A stretch of 64,000 nt of DNA from Anaeromyxobacter sp. GTDB taxonomy: Bacteria; Myxococcota; Myxococcia; Myxococcales; Anaeromyxobacteraceae. The position numbers and the translations under genes were made by a program. Of this stretch, positions 11,742-22,019 are shown one piece after another; the stretch's first letter is position 1, and the number at the start of each line of letters is the position of its first letter. The DNA lies in contig JASGJN010000021.1 of NCBI GenBank assembly GCA_049840735.1, positions 288,001 through 352,000 on the forward strand, given 5' to 3'. The notes below the pieces were generated by a model. That model searched no databases and was not told where the DNA came from. It saw nothing but the letters and a program-made list of their open reading frames with translations.

Positions 11742-12539
11742 TCAAGCCTGGGCCGAGGGCGCCGGCCCGCCCTCGGGTGCACCAGGGGCGGGGGCGTCGT
11801 CCTCCTGCCGCGGCAGCTCGCGCCGCCACGCGCTGGCCAGCTCCCCGACCTCGGTCGAGAGCGCCGCCTGGATCTCCAGCCGCTCGCCTCCCACCGCGCC
11901 CAGCGCGATCACCGGCGCGCCGGCCTCGCGGGCCAGCGCCTCGAACCGGGCCGTCTGGGCGGCCGGGAGCGACACCACCACCCGCCCGCGCTCCTCGGAG
12001 AAGAGCACCAGGTCCTTGCGCGCGGGGAAGGGGATCCGCAGCGCCGCGCCCAGCCCGGCGCGCGCGCCGCCGGCCGCCGGGAGCTCCTCCTCCAGGCAGC
12101 AGCGGGCCAGCGCCACCGCCAGCCCGCCCACGCCGCAGCGGCGCACCGACGACAGCAGCCCGGCCTCCAGCCCGTGCCGCACCGCCGCGTCCACCGCCTC
12201 GAGCCGCGCCGCGTCCACCGAAGGCGTGCCGGGCACCGCCAGGCCGTGCACCACGTGCAGATAGGCCGAGCCGCGCACGTCGCCCTGGATGGTCCCGAGC
12301 AGCAGCACCAGGTCGCCCGCGCGGCGGAAGCTGTCCGGCGCGTCCGGCAGCGGCACCTCGGCGCCGGCGCCCTCGGCCGCCTCCTCCTCCGCCGAGGCGT
12401 GCGCCAGCAGGCGCAGCAGCGCGCCCCGCAGGTCCTCCGTCTCCGGCACCTCCACCTGCAGCTGCGCTTCGTCCCTGCGCGCCAAGATCGCCTCCAGTCC
12501 TGCGGGGCCGTGCCCCTCCCCCTGCTCCGCAGGGGCCAC
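11742..12539 (-). CDS. Stand-alone PurL/AIR-synthase C-terminal-like domain protein
   Basis: GDLVLLLG, GGLAVALA, LFSEERGRVVVS, ALGAVGGERL resemble the PurL C-terminal domain; no N-terminal PurL domains. Confidence 0.65.
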   Translation of the reverse strand: MAPAEQGEGHGPAGLEAILARRDEAQLQVEVPETEDLRGALLRLLAHASAEEEAAEGAGAEVPLPDAPDSFRRAGDLVLLLGTIQGDVRGSAYLHVVHGLAVPGTPSVDAARLEAVDAAVRHGLEAGLLSSVRRCGVGGLAVALARCCLEEELPAAGGARAGLGAALRIPFPARKDLVLFSEERGRVVVSLPAAQTARFEALAREAGAPVIALGAVGGERLEIQAALSTEVGELASAWRRELPRQEDDAPAPGAPEGGPAPSAQA

Positions 12540-12548
12540 ACTCCAGCC

Positions 12549-13592
12549 TCAGGGCCGAGCGGCCGCCGGCGCGCTCGCCTGCGCGCGGGCGGCCTCGACC
12601 GTCTCCCCCACCGCCACGGTGCGCACGCGCTCGGCGGTCAGCCCGCGCCGCCGCGCCTCCGCAAGAAGCCGCACCGGCGGCTCGTCCAGCGGCTCGTCCG
12701 TCAGCTTGAAGGTGCCCCAGTGCATGGCCACCAGCTGGCGCGCGCCCAGGTCCACCAGGGCCTGCACCGCCTGCTCCGGGTTCATGTGCTGCCGCTCCAT
12801 GAACCAGCCCGGGTCGTAGGCGCCGATGGGCACCAGCGCCAGGTCGAGGTCCGGGAAGCGGCGGCCGATCTCGGCGAAGCCGCCGAAGAAGGCGGTGTCG
12901 CCGGTGTGGTAGACCGTGCCGCCCCGCCCCTGGATCACGAACCCGCCCCACAGCGTCCGGTTGGTGTCGAACAGGCCTCGCCGGCTCCAGTGCTGCGACG
13001 GCACGAAGGTGATGGTGACGTCGCCGAACCGCACGCTGGACCACCAGCCCAGCTCGGTGCAGAAGAGGCCGCGGTCCCGGAACCAGCGCTCCAGCCCCAG
13101 CCCGGCCACCACCGGCGCGTTCACGGCCTGGAGCGTGGGCAGGTCGAGGTGGTCGTAGTGGCTGTGGCTCACCAGCACGGCGTCGATGTGCGGGAGCTGC
13201 CGGAGCTCCAGCCCGGGCGCCACGTTCCGGTCGATGCCGCCGAAGATCGAGGGGAGGAGCGCCGGGTCGATCAGCAGGGAGATCCCGTCCAGCTGCACCA
13301 GGAAGCTGGCGTGGCCCAGCCAGGTGACGCGGGCGGGCTCGCCCGGCCCGGGCGGCGTCGCCAGCCGGGCCATGTCCGGCGTCACCCGCGGCACCGGCGC
13401 GTGGTCCGGCGCCTTGCGCCGCTTGCCGGTCAGCCGGTCCCAGACCGCCCAGCGCAGCACGCTGCCGAAGGGCGGCGGGCCGGAGCCGTCGAGGTTGACG
13501 AAGCGGCCGCGCGCGTCGCGCGGCTGGACGAGGGCGGCATCGGGGGAGGTGGCGAGCAGGGTGGTCATCGCGGCCATCGCGAGCGTGATCAT
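12549..13592 (-). CDS. MBL-fold metallohydrolase (NAPE-PLD/RomA-like)
   Basis: TWLGHAS, SHSHYDHLD, QHWSRR, LVPIGAY, MHWGTF. Confidence 0.9.
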   Translation of the reverse strand: MITLAMAAMTTLLATSPDAALVQPRDARGRFVNLDGSGPPPFGSVLRWAVWDRLTGKRRKAPDHAPVPRVTPDMARLATPPGPGEPARVTWLGHASFLVQLDGISLLIDPALLPSIFGGIDRNVAPGLELRQLPHIDAVLVSHSHYDHLDLPTLQAVNAPVVAGLGLERWFRDRGLFCTELGWWSSVRFGDVTITFVPSQHWSRRGLFDTNRTLWGGFVIQGRGGTVYHTGDTAFFGGFAEIGRRFPDLDLALVPIGAYDPGWFMERQHMNPEQAVQALVDLGARQLVAMHWGTFKLTDEPLDEPPVRLLAEARRRGLTAERVRTVAVGETVEAARAQASAPAAARP

Positions 13593-14422
13593 AGGGCCAG
13601 GAGCAGCCTGGTCATGTCGTAGCGCACGTCTCCACGCTCGGAGATCGGCACGGGCGCGGCAGGGAGGCGCAGCCGCTCGACGATCCGGTTGTAGCCCAGG
13701 TCCATCAAGGTGCGGAGGTTCACGGCGTCGTGCAGGTTGTACTCGGCGAAGAGCCGCAGCGCGTCCCCGTCGCCTTGCAGGTGGGCGCGCCAGAGCCGGA
13801 CCGCGTCGCTCCCGGTGAGCCCGTCGAGGTGGGCGGGGCGCCCGACGCCGGTCTCCTTCTCCAGCAGCTTGAGGCCGCCCTGGAAGCCCAGCCGCCGCCA
13901 GAGGTGGAGCAGGTCCACGTGGGCGCGGGGCGCCCGCCAGCGCGGGAAGGCGCGGCGGATGGCCGGCACGTCGAAGGCCAGGCCGTTGAAGGTGACGAGC
14001 AGCTTCCAGCGCTGCGCCGCCTCGGGGAAGTCCGCCAGGTCGCGCCCGGCCAGGAACAGCCGCGGCCCGTCGGCGTCCAGCACGCCGATGCAGGTGAGCG
14101 CGTTGCCGTCGCTCTCCACGTCGAGGAAGGCGGCCTCGCGCGAGAAGGTGCCGTAGAGGCGCCAGCGCTCGGCGCGCGGGAGCAGCGCGGCCAGCGCCTC
14201 GGCGTCACCCCGCTGCAGCGCCGCCTCGGCCACCGGGATGGCGGCGCGGATGCGCGCGTCCACCGCCGGCGAGAGCGCCACCGCGGGCGCGGCCGGGAAG
14301 TCGGACCAGCGCAGCACCCCGGCGTTCCAGAGCCTGGACTCGAGCCAGGCGCCCACGCCCGGCGCGATGCGGAAGGTGCTGCGGATCACGGGGCGCGCAG
14401 TGTAGCGCGCGGGGCCGCTCAT
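13589..14422 (-). CDS. RNase H-like (YprB/RNase_H_2) 3'-5' exonuclease domain protein
   Basis: FLDVESD, VTFNGLAFDVP, HVDL, GGLKLLEK, YNLHD (DEDD-type motifs). Confidence 0.85.
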   Translation of the reverse strand: MSGPARYTARPVIRSTFRIAPGVGAWLESRLWNAGVLRWSDFPAAPAVALSPAVDARIRAAIPVAEAALQRGDAEALAALLPRAERWRLYGTFSREAAFLDVESDGNALTCIGVLDADGPRLFLAGRDLADFPEAAQRWKLLVTFNGLAFDVPAIRRAFPRWRAPRAHVDLLHLWRRLGFQGGLKLLEKETGVGRPAHLDGLTGSDAVRLWRAHLQGDGDALRLFAEYNLHDAVNLRTLMDLGYNRIVERLRLPAAPVPISERGDVRYDMTRLLLAL

Positions 14423-15050
14423 CGCTCGCGGAGATTCCTGGGCTTCGACTCCGCGAGCCCTGCGGGCTCGCTACGCTCAGCCCGAACGGATCTGCGACGG
14501 TACCGAGGAGCCCTGCGACCGGGTCATCGCTCGCGGAGAATCCTGGGCTTCGACTCCGCGAGCCCTGCGGGCTCGCTACGCTCAGCCCGAACGGATCTGC
14601 GACGGTACCGAGGAGCCCTGCGACCGGGTCATCGCTCGCGGAGAATCCTGGGCTTCGACTCCGCGAGCCCTGCGGGCTCGCTACGCTCAGCCCGAACGGA
14701 TCTGCGACCGGTACCGAGGAGCCCTGCGACCGGGTCATCGCTCGCGGAGATTCCTGGGCTTCGACTCCGCGAGCCCTGCGGGCTCGCTACGCCCAGCCCG
14801 AACGGATCTGCCACCGTATCGAGGAGCCCTACGACCGGCTCATCGCTCGCGGAGATTCCTGGGCTTCGACTCCGCGAGCCCTGCGGGCTCGCTACGCCCA
14901 GCCCGAACGGATCTGCGACGGTACCGAGGACCCTCCGACCGGCTCATCGCTCGCGGAGATTCCTGGGCTTCGACTCCGCGAGCCCTGCGGGCTCGCTACG
15001 CTCAGCCCGAACGGATTCGCGACCGGTACCGAGGAGCCCTACGACCGGTT
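14420..15050. repeat. Tandem array, 6 x ~105 bp, each unit containing one REP-like hairpin
   Basis: Units start at 14420, 14525, 14630, 14736, 14841, 14945; near-identical along their whole length. Confidence 0.95.
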
Positions 15051-15067
15051 CGGGGGGATTCTGCAAT

Positions 15068-15120
15068 CCGTTCGGCCTGAGCGTAGGGCCCGCCCTCCGG
15101 CGGGCCCGGAGTCGAAGGCC
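15068..15120. repeat. REP-like element in opposite orientation, closing the array
   Basis: ccgttcggcctgagcgtag-gggcccgcc..ggcgggccc-ggagtcgaaggcc. Confidence 0.85.
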
Positions 15121-15154
15121 AGGCCTCGAGCGCGCCCTGACGAGAACGCGGCGC

Positions 15155-16307
15155 TCAGGCCTGCGCGGCCTGCTCCGCCAGCTCCGGCGCGGCCGGCAGC
15201 ACCACGCGGAAGGTGCTGCCCTGGCCCAGCTGGCTCTCAACCGAGATGCGGCCCCCGTGGGCCTCGGTCACCCGGCGCGCGATGTAGAGCCCCAGCCCCA
15301 GCCCCTCGGGGCGGCGGGCGCCGGCGGCGCGGAAGTAGCGGTCGAAGATGCGCGGCAGGTCCTCCGGCGCGATGCCGATGCCGCGGTCGCAGACGGCCAG
15401 GGCCACCTCCCCCGGCCCGGCCAGCTCCAGCCGCACCTGCACCGCGCTCTGCGGCGGCGAGTACTTGAGGGCGTTGCTGAGCAGGTTGACCAGCAGGCGC
15501 TCGATGCGCGGCCCGTCGGCGCGGGCGCAGGGCAGGCCCGGGGCGCAGGAGACCTGGATCCGGTCCACCTCCAGCCCGCCGCGCAGCCGCTCCAGCACCT
15601 CGCTCACCAGCTCGCGCAGGTCCACCGCGCTGCGCTGCAGCCGCAGCTGCCCGGCCTCCAGCAGCGTGGTCTCGACCAGGTCCTGGATCATGCCGTTCAT
15701 CCGCTCGCAGCTGCGGACGATGGACCGGCCGCGCTCCTGCGTGCGCGCGTCGGCGCTGCGCTGGAGCAGGTGCGCCTGCGTGTAGACCGCGTTGAGCGGG
15801 GTGCGCAGGTCGTGGCTGATCATCCGGACCAGGTCGTCGCGCGCCTCCTGCAGCTCGTGGACGGCGGTTCTCGTCGGAGAAGGTGGCCACCGCGCCCACG
15901 ATGGCGCCGTCCGGGCTGCGCACCGGCGCGGCGCTCACCACCAGCCAGACGGTGCGGTTGGCGCCGGCGGCGCGCAGCCGCAGGCCGCGGATGGTCTCGC
16001 CGGCCAGCGCCCGGGCGGCCGGCCAGTCCTCCAGCGTCGCGCCCGGCGAGCCGACGTCGATCTCCAGGTCGCGCAGCGGCGCGTGCGGGTCGATGCCCAG
16101 GTCGCGCAGCAGCGCCTCGGCCGGCGCGTTCATGCGGACGGGCGCTCCGGAGGGATTGTAGAGCACGAAGCCGTCGGACAGCGAGGCCATCACGGCCTCG
16201 AGCTCCACCAGCGCGTGCGCCCCCCCCGCCGCCGGCGCGCCGCCACCCTGGCTGGCCTGGCCCGCTCCCTGGTCGGGAGGGGCAGGTGCTGCAGCCTGCT
16301 CGTTCAT
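15155..16307 (-). CDS. PAS-domain sensor histidine kinase, frameshift at ~15870
   Basis: PAS (SLSDGFVLYN..MNAPAE), H-box ISHDLRTPL, NLLSNALKY, DRGIGI, GLGLGL. Confidence 0.85.
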
Positions 16308-16382
16308 CGCGTCCCCCCGGACGCAGGGAGCGTACCGCACTCGCGGTGCGAACGGGCGTGCCCCGGGAGGTTGCCTCGGTTG

Positions 16383-18242
16383 TTAGCGCTCCCAGGCGCT
16401 CCGCCAGGCACCCGTCTGCTCGGCGTGGCGGAAGAACGCCTCGAGGAACGGGTGGCGCGTGACGGTGGCGCCGTCGCCCACCACCACCAGCTTCTTGCGC
16501 GCCCGGGTGATGGCCACGTTGAGCCGGCGAACGTCGGCGAGGAATCCCACCTCACCCGCCTCGTTCGATTGGACCAGCGAGACCACCACCGCGTCCTTCT
16601 CGCGCCCCTGGAAGCCGTCCACGGTGTCCACCTCGAGCCCTCGCTCGAGCGGCTCCGCGAGGAGTGCGCGCAGCCGCTGCACCTGGGCGTCGTAGGGCGA
16701 GATGACCGCCACCTCGGCGGGAGCGACGCCCAGCGCCAGCACCCGCTCCACCTCGGCCACCACCAGCTCGGCCTCGCCGGGGTTGTGCTTGGAGTCGGAT
16801 CCCTCCGGCGTCTCCTCCTCGAAGCCGCGGCCGGCGGTGTCCACCAGCTCCAGCGGCGCGGCGTCGATGGCCCGGTGGGCGACCGCCGGGTGGGCGCGCA
16901 GCGCGCCGCCGTAGAGCGCGGCCGAGGGGAAGGCCATGATCTGCTCGTTCATGCGGTGCTGCTCGGCCAGCGTGACCTTGACGGCGTCGCCGTGGAGCTG
17001 CAGCAGCCGCTCGAAGAGCGACACGCCCAGCCCGCCGGCCTGCGCCGCGGCCGAGAGCACCGTGGGCGGCAGCTGCAGGTGATCGCCGGCCAGCACCACC
17101 CGCTCGGCGCGGAGCAGCGCCAGCGCCGCGGCCGGCTCGACCGCCTGCGTGGCCTCGTCCAGCACCGCCAGCGGGTAGCGCCGCCCGGCCAGCGCCGGCC
17201 CGTCCAGCGAGGTGAGCGTGGCCAGCACCACCTGGGCCCGGTCCAGCACCGCGGCCTCGGCCCGCGCCTCCAGCCGGCGCGCCTCGGCCAGCAGCGCGCG
17301 GGCGTCGCGCTCCTGCGCGCGCGCCTCGCTGAACCGCCCCGGCCCGCGACGCCCCTTGCGCTTGCGGGCGCTGCGGCGCAGGTCGATGGCCTCCTCCACC
17401 AGCCCGCGCGCGATGCGCGCCGACTCGTGCCCCTCCACCCGCGCCTCCAGCGTGTGCTCGAGCAGGGTGGGGAGCACGCGCGCCGGGTGGCCGACCCGGA
17501 CGCAGTCCAGCCCGGCCGCCACCAGCCGCTCCAGCAGGTTGTCCACGGCCAGGTTGGACGGCGCCGCGGCCAGCACCTGCTCGCCGCGCGCCGCGGCCCG
17601 GCGGATCAGCTCCACCAGCACCGTGGTCTTGCCGGTCCCGGGCGGCCCGTGCACCAGCGCCAGGTCCTCGGCGCGCTCGGCCAGCGCCAGCGCTGCGCGC
17701 TGCTCCGGGTTGAGCGGCGCGGGCAGCTCCGGCCCGCGCGGCGCGGCCAGGAAGCGCGGCGCCACCCCGCCCAGCACGCCGTGCCAGCGCTTCCCCTCGC
17801 GCGTGTCGCGCAGCCGCACCAGCCCCGCCGCCAGCCGCTCCCAGGTGACCGGCGACGGCTCCAGCTCCAGCACCACCCGGCCGTCGGTGACCCAGTCCGG
17901 CGGCGGCTCGTCGAAGGCCACCGCCAGCTGCGTCCGCGTCCGCCGCGCCACCACGCCGCTGGGCGCGTCGTCCCGCGCCTCGCGGCGGAGCCCGACGCTC
18001 ACCAGGCTGCCCACGCCCAGGCGCCCGCCCGGCAGCGGCCTGCCGCCCCGCGCGAAGGTCACCAGCGCGCGCCCCGCCAGCGCCCCCTCGCTCACCGCCT
18101 CGGCGTCGGCGATGGCCAGCCCGCGCACCTCGCGCTCGGCGAGCGAGAGCCGGCCGCGGGCCTCGGCCAGGCGCGCGCGCTCCTCGTCGCGCTCGGCGGC
18201 GAGCAGCTCGGAGAGGCGGGCCAGGTGGGGGAGGAGATCCAA
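16383..18242 (-). CDS. SF1 helicase (IGHMBP2/DNA2/NAM7-like)
   Basis: [46 protein letters not shown] start at 18242 inferred. Confidence 0.9.
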   Translation of the reverse strand: MDLLPHLARLSELLAAERDEERARLAEARGRLSLAEREVRGLAIADAEAVSEGALAGRALVTFARGGRPLPGGRLGVGSLVSVGLRREARDDAPSGVVARRTRTQLAVAFDEPPPDWVTDGRVVLELEPSPVTWERLAAGLVRLRDTREGKRWHGVLGGVAPRFLAAPRGPELPAPLNPEQRAALALAERAEDLALVHGPPGTGKTTVLVELIRRAAARGEQVLAAAPSNLAVDNLLERLVAAGLDCVRVGHPARVLPTLLEHTLEARVEGHESARIARGLVEEAIDLRRSARKRKGRRGPGRFSEARAQERDARALLAEARRLEARAEAAVLDRAQVVLATLTSLDGPALAGRRYPLAVLDEATQAVEPAAALALLRAERVVLAGDHLQLPPTVLSAAAQAGGLGVSLFERLLQLHGDAVKVTLAEQHRMNEQIMAFPSAALYGGALRAHPAVAHRAIDAAPLELVDTAGRGFEEETPEGSDSKHNPGEAELVVAEVERVLALGVAPAEVAVISPYDAQVQRLRALLAEPLERGLEVDTVDGFQGREKDAVVVSLVQSNEAGEVGFLADVRRLNVAITRARKKLVVVGDGATVTRHPFLEAFFRHAEQTGAWRSAWER

Positions 18243-18324
18243 GGTGTGGAGCCTACACGCGCCGGCGCGCCGCGCCAGCGGCCGCTTCCGCGGCGCGGGC
18301 CCGCCCTCTATAGTCGGTCCCTCC

Positions 18325-18702
18325 ATGGCCGGCGAGTACGTCCTCTGGTTCGACGCGCGCTGCTCGGCGTCGAAGCGCGCGCTGGCGCTGCTGCGCGAGC
18401 GCGGGATCGAGCCCGAGCTGCGCCGCCACCTGGAGGAGCCGCCGTCGGCCGAGGAGCTGTGGGCCCTGCTCCACCGGCTCGGCTGCAGCGCGCACGCGGT
18501 GGTCCGCACCGACGAGGACGAGTACCAGGCCCTGCGCCTCTCCCCCCGCACGCCCGAGCCGGAGCTGGTGGAGGCCCTCACCGCCCACCCGCGCATCCTC
18601 GACCGGCCCATCCTGGTGGCGGGCGGGCGGGCGGTGATCGGGCGCCCGCCGGAGCGGGTGCTCGAGCTCCTGCCCCCCGGAGCTCCCCCCACGCCGGGCT
18701 GA
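18325..18702 (+). CDS. ArsC/Spx family protein
   Basis: RCSASKRAL, HPRILDRPIL, AVIGRPPE. Confidence 0.85.
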   Translation: MAGEYVLWFDARCSASKRALALLRERGIEPELRRHLEEPPSAEELWALLHRLGCSAHAVVRTDEDEYQALRLSPRTPEPELVEALTAHPRILDRPILVAGGRAVIGRPPERVLELLPPGAPPTPG

Positions 18703-18855
18703 TCCGGCGATATCTGCCGATGTCGGGCGATGACGCACGGAGTCCCCCGGCCGAGGTCACATGATCGGCGCATACCGCCGTGGCGCGGCCGCGTGGCAGG
18801 ATGTCACGCCTGCGCTGGCGCCCGCGCGCCGGAGGCAGCAGATCCGGGGGCAGCG

Positions 18856-19275
18856 GTGACCGACGAAGCCAAGCCAGGAACGGTGCAGGACAAGCCGAGG
18901 GGCCGGGTCCTGGTGGTGGACGACGACCCGCTGGTCGGATCGGCGCTCTCCCGCGCGCTCGCCAGCCAGCACGAGGTCACGGTGATGCAGGACGCCCAGG
19001 CCGCGCTGGGCCGGCTCACCGGCGGCGAGAGCTTCGACGTGATCCTCTGCGACCTGCTCATGCCGGCCATGACCGGCATGGAGCTGCACGCCGCCATCGC
19101 GGCGCGCGCGCCGGCGCTGGCCGAGCGCATGGTCTTCCTCACCGGAGGCGCCTACACCGACGCGGCCCGGGCCTTCGTGGAGCAGGCCGGCGTCACCTGC
19201 GTCGAGAAGCCGTTCGAGCTGGCCGGCCTGCGCGCGCTGGTGAACGCGCGGGTCCAGGCGGCGCGGGCCGGCTAG
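18856..19275 (+). CDS. Single-domain response regulator
   Basis: VLVVDDD, CDLLMPAMTG, FLTG, EKPF. Confidence 0.88.
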   Translation: MTDEAKPGTVQDKPRGRVLVVDDDPLVGSALSRALASQHEVTVMQDAQAALGRLTGGESFDVILCDLLMPAMTGMELHAAIAARAPALAERMVFLTGGAYTDAARAFVEQAGVTCVEKPFELAGLRALVNARVQAARAG

Positions 19276-20063
19276 AAGCTGAACGCGATCCCGACAGGCA
19301 GGACCGTCACCGTGGCCCCGGAGGCCGTCCCGCCGCTGCTGGCGCGCGGGTGGAGCAGCCGCGGCACGGCGATGCCGGCGGCGGTGCCCACCGCCGCGCC
19401 CACCAGCACGTCGGTCAGGTAGTGCTTGTCGCCGGCGATGCGCAGGTAGCCCACGCCCGCCGCGGCCGTCAGCCCCACGCCCCAGACCCAGGGCGCGCCC
19501 TCGTAGCCGCGCAGCTGCGCCACGGTGCCGGTGGCGGCCACCAGCGAGAAGGCCAGGCTGCTGTGGCCGGAGAAGAAGGAGAGGTTGTCGTCCGGATCGT
19601 GCGGGCGCGAAGGGTCGGCGTGCGCGAAGGGGCGCTGGCGGCCCACCGCGTACTTCACGAGCTGGGTCACGCTGGTGGCGACCGCCGTGGCCTCGGCCAC
19701 GTAGAGGACGTTCTTGCCGCCCTCCTCCCAGCTGCCGCCCTGGCCGTGTCCGGCCAGCAGCGCGTAGGCGGCCGAGGCCGGGACCATCGAGATCGCCAGC
19801 ACGTCAGAGGCGCGCTGGGCCCGCAGCGGGGAGCCTGAGAGCAGGGCGTTCCGGGCGGCGGTGTCGAGCGGGCCGGGGTTGCACCAGCGGCAGGTGACCG
19901 GGGCCAGCTCGCTCTTGAGCAGCTCGGTGGTGCCGGTGAACGCCAGCGCCGAGCCGGTGATGACGTAGTCGGAGGTCAGGTCGTCGTCCCCGCGGAGCGC
20001 GTGCCCCTGCGCGGCCGCGGCGGCGGGCAGGAGCGCGATCAGCAGGGCAAGGGCGCGGGACAT
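19272..20063 (-). CDS. PAP2 family phosphatase
   Basis: KYAVGRQRP, SFFSGHS, RIAGDKHYLTDV. Confidence 0.9.
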   Translation of the reverse strand: MSRALALLIALLPAAAAAQGHALRGDDDLTSDYVITGSALAFTGTTELLKSELAPVTCRWCNPGPLDTAARNALLSGSPLRAQRASDVLAISMVPASAAYALLAGHGQGGSWEEGGKNVLYVAEATAVATSVTQLVKYAVGRQRPFAHADPSRPHDPDDNLSFFSGHSSLAFSLVAATGTVAQLRGYEGAPWVWGVGLTAAAGVGYLRIAGDKHYLTDVLVGAAVGTAAGIAVPRLLHPRASSGGTASGATVTVLPVGIAFSF

Positions 20064-20090
20064 GCGGGCAAGCTATCATCCCGCCCAGCC

Positions 20091-20408
20091 ATGGCCCACC
20101 CGCCGCGCGAGCCGGACGCAGCCCCCGGAGCCGAGCCCGGCCCGGACGAGCCGGTGGCGCTGCCGCTGGACGGGACGCTCGACCTTCACACCTTCGCGCC
20201 CTCCGAGGTCGGCGACCTGGTCCCGGAGTGGCTGGGCGCCTGCCACGCGGCCGGGCTGCGCGAGCTGCGGATCGTGCACGGCAAGGGGACCGGCGCCCTG
20301 CGCCGGAGCGTGCACGCGCTGCTGGCGCGGGATCCGCGGGTGGCGTCGTTCGCCACGGCCGGCGAGGACGGCGGCGGGTGGGGGGCGACGGTGGTGACGC
20401 TGAGGTAG
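20091..20408 (+). CDS. Smr/MutS2 domain protein
   Basis: LDLHTF, IVHGKGTGALR, GGWGATVV. Confidence 0.9.
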   Translation: MAHPPREPDAAPGAEPGPDEPVALPLDGTLDLHTFAPSEVGDLVPEWLGACHAAGLRELRIVHGKGTGALRRSVHALLARDPRVASFATAGEDGGGWGATVVTLR

Positions 20409-20433
20409 GGCGGCGCTCGCGGCGCGCTTTCGA

Positions 20434-20700
20434 GCCCGTTCATCCTTCGACTCCGGGCCCGGTGGTCCAGCCCGCGCACGCCGCGCCGGGCCCTACGCTC
20501 AGGACGAGCGGAGTTGACGCCGGCCGGCGCACGGATTCACCCCCGGTCACCCTGGGCGTAGGCCTGCCCTACGCTCAGGACGAACGGGGTTGACGCCGGC
20601 CGGCGCACGGGTTCACCCCCGGTCACCCTGAGCGTAGGCCCCGTCATGCGTCGCGCGGACCCGGCTGGCGGGCCGGAGTCGAAGGGCGACCGGGGGGCCC
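20434..20700. repeat. REP-like cluster with an internal ~75 bp direct duplication (BIME-like)
   Basis: Two copies of gccctacgctcaggacga.cgg.gttgacgccggccggcgcacgg.ttcacccccggtcaccctg.gcgtaggcc between convergent genes. Confidence 0.85.
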
Positions 20701-20750
20701 GAAGGCCGGAAGGCGATCGGGCTGAGCGCAACGGCTGAGAGCCGCTCTCC

Positions 20751-21950
20751 TCACACCCCCTTCGCCGCCTCCTCCAGCACCCTCTCCAGCGCCGCCACCT
20801 CCGGCCCGCTCCCCTGCGCCGCGTCCGGCGCGCCGCCGCCCTTGCCGCCCAGCGCCGCCGCGGCGACCTTGAGCCGCTCGCCAAGGTGCGGGCCCTCTCC
20901 GCGCGGGCGCGCGAAGGCCAGGTACGCCCGCCCCTCCTCCACCGCCCCCAGCAGCGCGATCCGTCCGCGGCCGGCCAGCGCCAGCGACACGGCCTTGAGC
21001 CAGGTCGCCGCTCCGGGCGCCGGCGGGGACAGCGTGGCCCGCACCACGGCCGGCGCGAGCGCGCCGAGCCGGTCGGCCTCGCCCTCCGCCAGCGCACCCA
21101 GCAGCCTCTCCACGTCCTTGCGCCGGGCCGACAGCTCGGCGCCGGTGCGCGCCGCGGCCTCCGGCACCTCGGCCGGCGCGCAGCGCAGCGCCGCGGCCGC
21201 CTCGGCCAGCCGGCTGCCGGCCACCGAGAGCATGCGGACCACCCGCCCGCCGCAGGCGAACTCGACGCGGCTGCCGCTGCCCCACTTCACCGCCCGGAGC
21301 ACGGCGATGGCCCCCACCGCGCCGGTGCGGCGCGGGTGGGTGCCGCCGCAGGGCGACGCGTCGATCACCGTGGCGTCGTCCGCGTCGCCCTCGCGCACCA
21401 CCACCACGCGCGCCCCCTTCTCCGGCGCCTTGCGGAGCGGCAGCCGGGCCAGCTCCTCAGGCGCGAAGGTGCGGACCGTGACGGGCAGGTCGGCGAAGAC
21501 CAGCCGGTTGGCCTCGGCCTCCACGGCCCGCAGCACCTCCGGGCCCAGCGCGCCGGGCGCGCGGTCCAGGTCGATGGTGCAGAGCTCGGCCCCCAGGTGG
21601 AAGGAGAGCGTGCGCGCGCCCGCCACCCGCTCGAAGGCGGCCGAGAGCAGGTGCTGGCCGTGGTGCTGCTGCAGGTGGTCGAGCCGCCGGGCGCCGTCCA
21701 CCTCGCCCGCCACGTGGCCGGTCGGCGCCGCCCCCTCCAGCGCGTGGAGCACCTCCCCCCCGACCTCCTGGACGTCCACCACCGGCACGCCGCCCAGCTG
21801 GCCCCGGTCGGCCGGCTGTCCGCCGCCCTCCGGGTAGAAGGCGGTCCGGTCCAGCACCACCGCCAGGCGCCCCGCCAGCTCGCGGACGGCCAGCACCTGG
21901 GCCTCGAAGCGGAGGAGCGACGGATCGTCGAGGTCGAGTCGGACGGTCAT
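20751..21950 (-). CDS. Alanyl-tRNA editing protein (AlaX-like with DHHA1 domain)
   Basis: FYPEGGGQPAD, QQHHGQH, CGGTH, GGKGGG..AQG. Confidence 0.9.
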   Translation of the reverse strand: MTVRLDLDDPSLLRFEAQVLAVRELAGRLAVVLDRTAFYPEGGGQPADRGQLGGVPVVDVQEVGGEVLHALEGAAPTGHVAGEVDGARRLDHLQQHHGQHLLSAAFERVAGARTLSFHLGAELCTIDLDRAPGALGPEVLRAVEAEANRLVFADLPVTVRTFAPEELARLPLRKAPEKGARVVVVREGDADDATVIDASPCGGTHPRRTGAVGAIAVLRAVKWGSGSRVEFACGGRVVRMLSVAGSRLAEAAAALRCAPAEVPEAAARTGAELSARRKDVERLLGALAEGEADRLGALAPAVVRATLSPPAPGAATWLKAVSLALAGRGRIALLGAVEEGRAYLAFARPRGEGPHLGERLKVAAAALGGKGGGAPDAAQGSGPEVAALERVLEEAAKGV

Positions 21951-22019
21951 GGCGGGGCAGTGTAGCCGCGGGGCCGCCCACCGCCCACGCCGGACCATCC
22001 CCGTGCCCACCTTGGCGGC

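Noticed and set aside
9767..13622. Very long + strand ORFs (980 and 1218 aa)
   Set aside because: Antisense shadows of real minus-strand genes in high-GC DNA; no motifs
14420..15050. CRISPR array
   Set aside because: Units are near-identical along their full length, there are no unique spacers and no cas genes; the adjacent nuclease is YprB-like
16383..18242. Helicase as part of a defence system
   Set aside because: Host-like GC, housekeeping neighbours and no fused or adjacent nuclease
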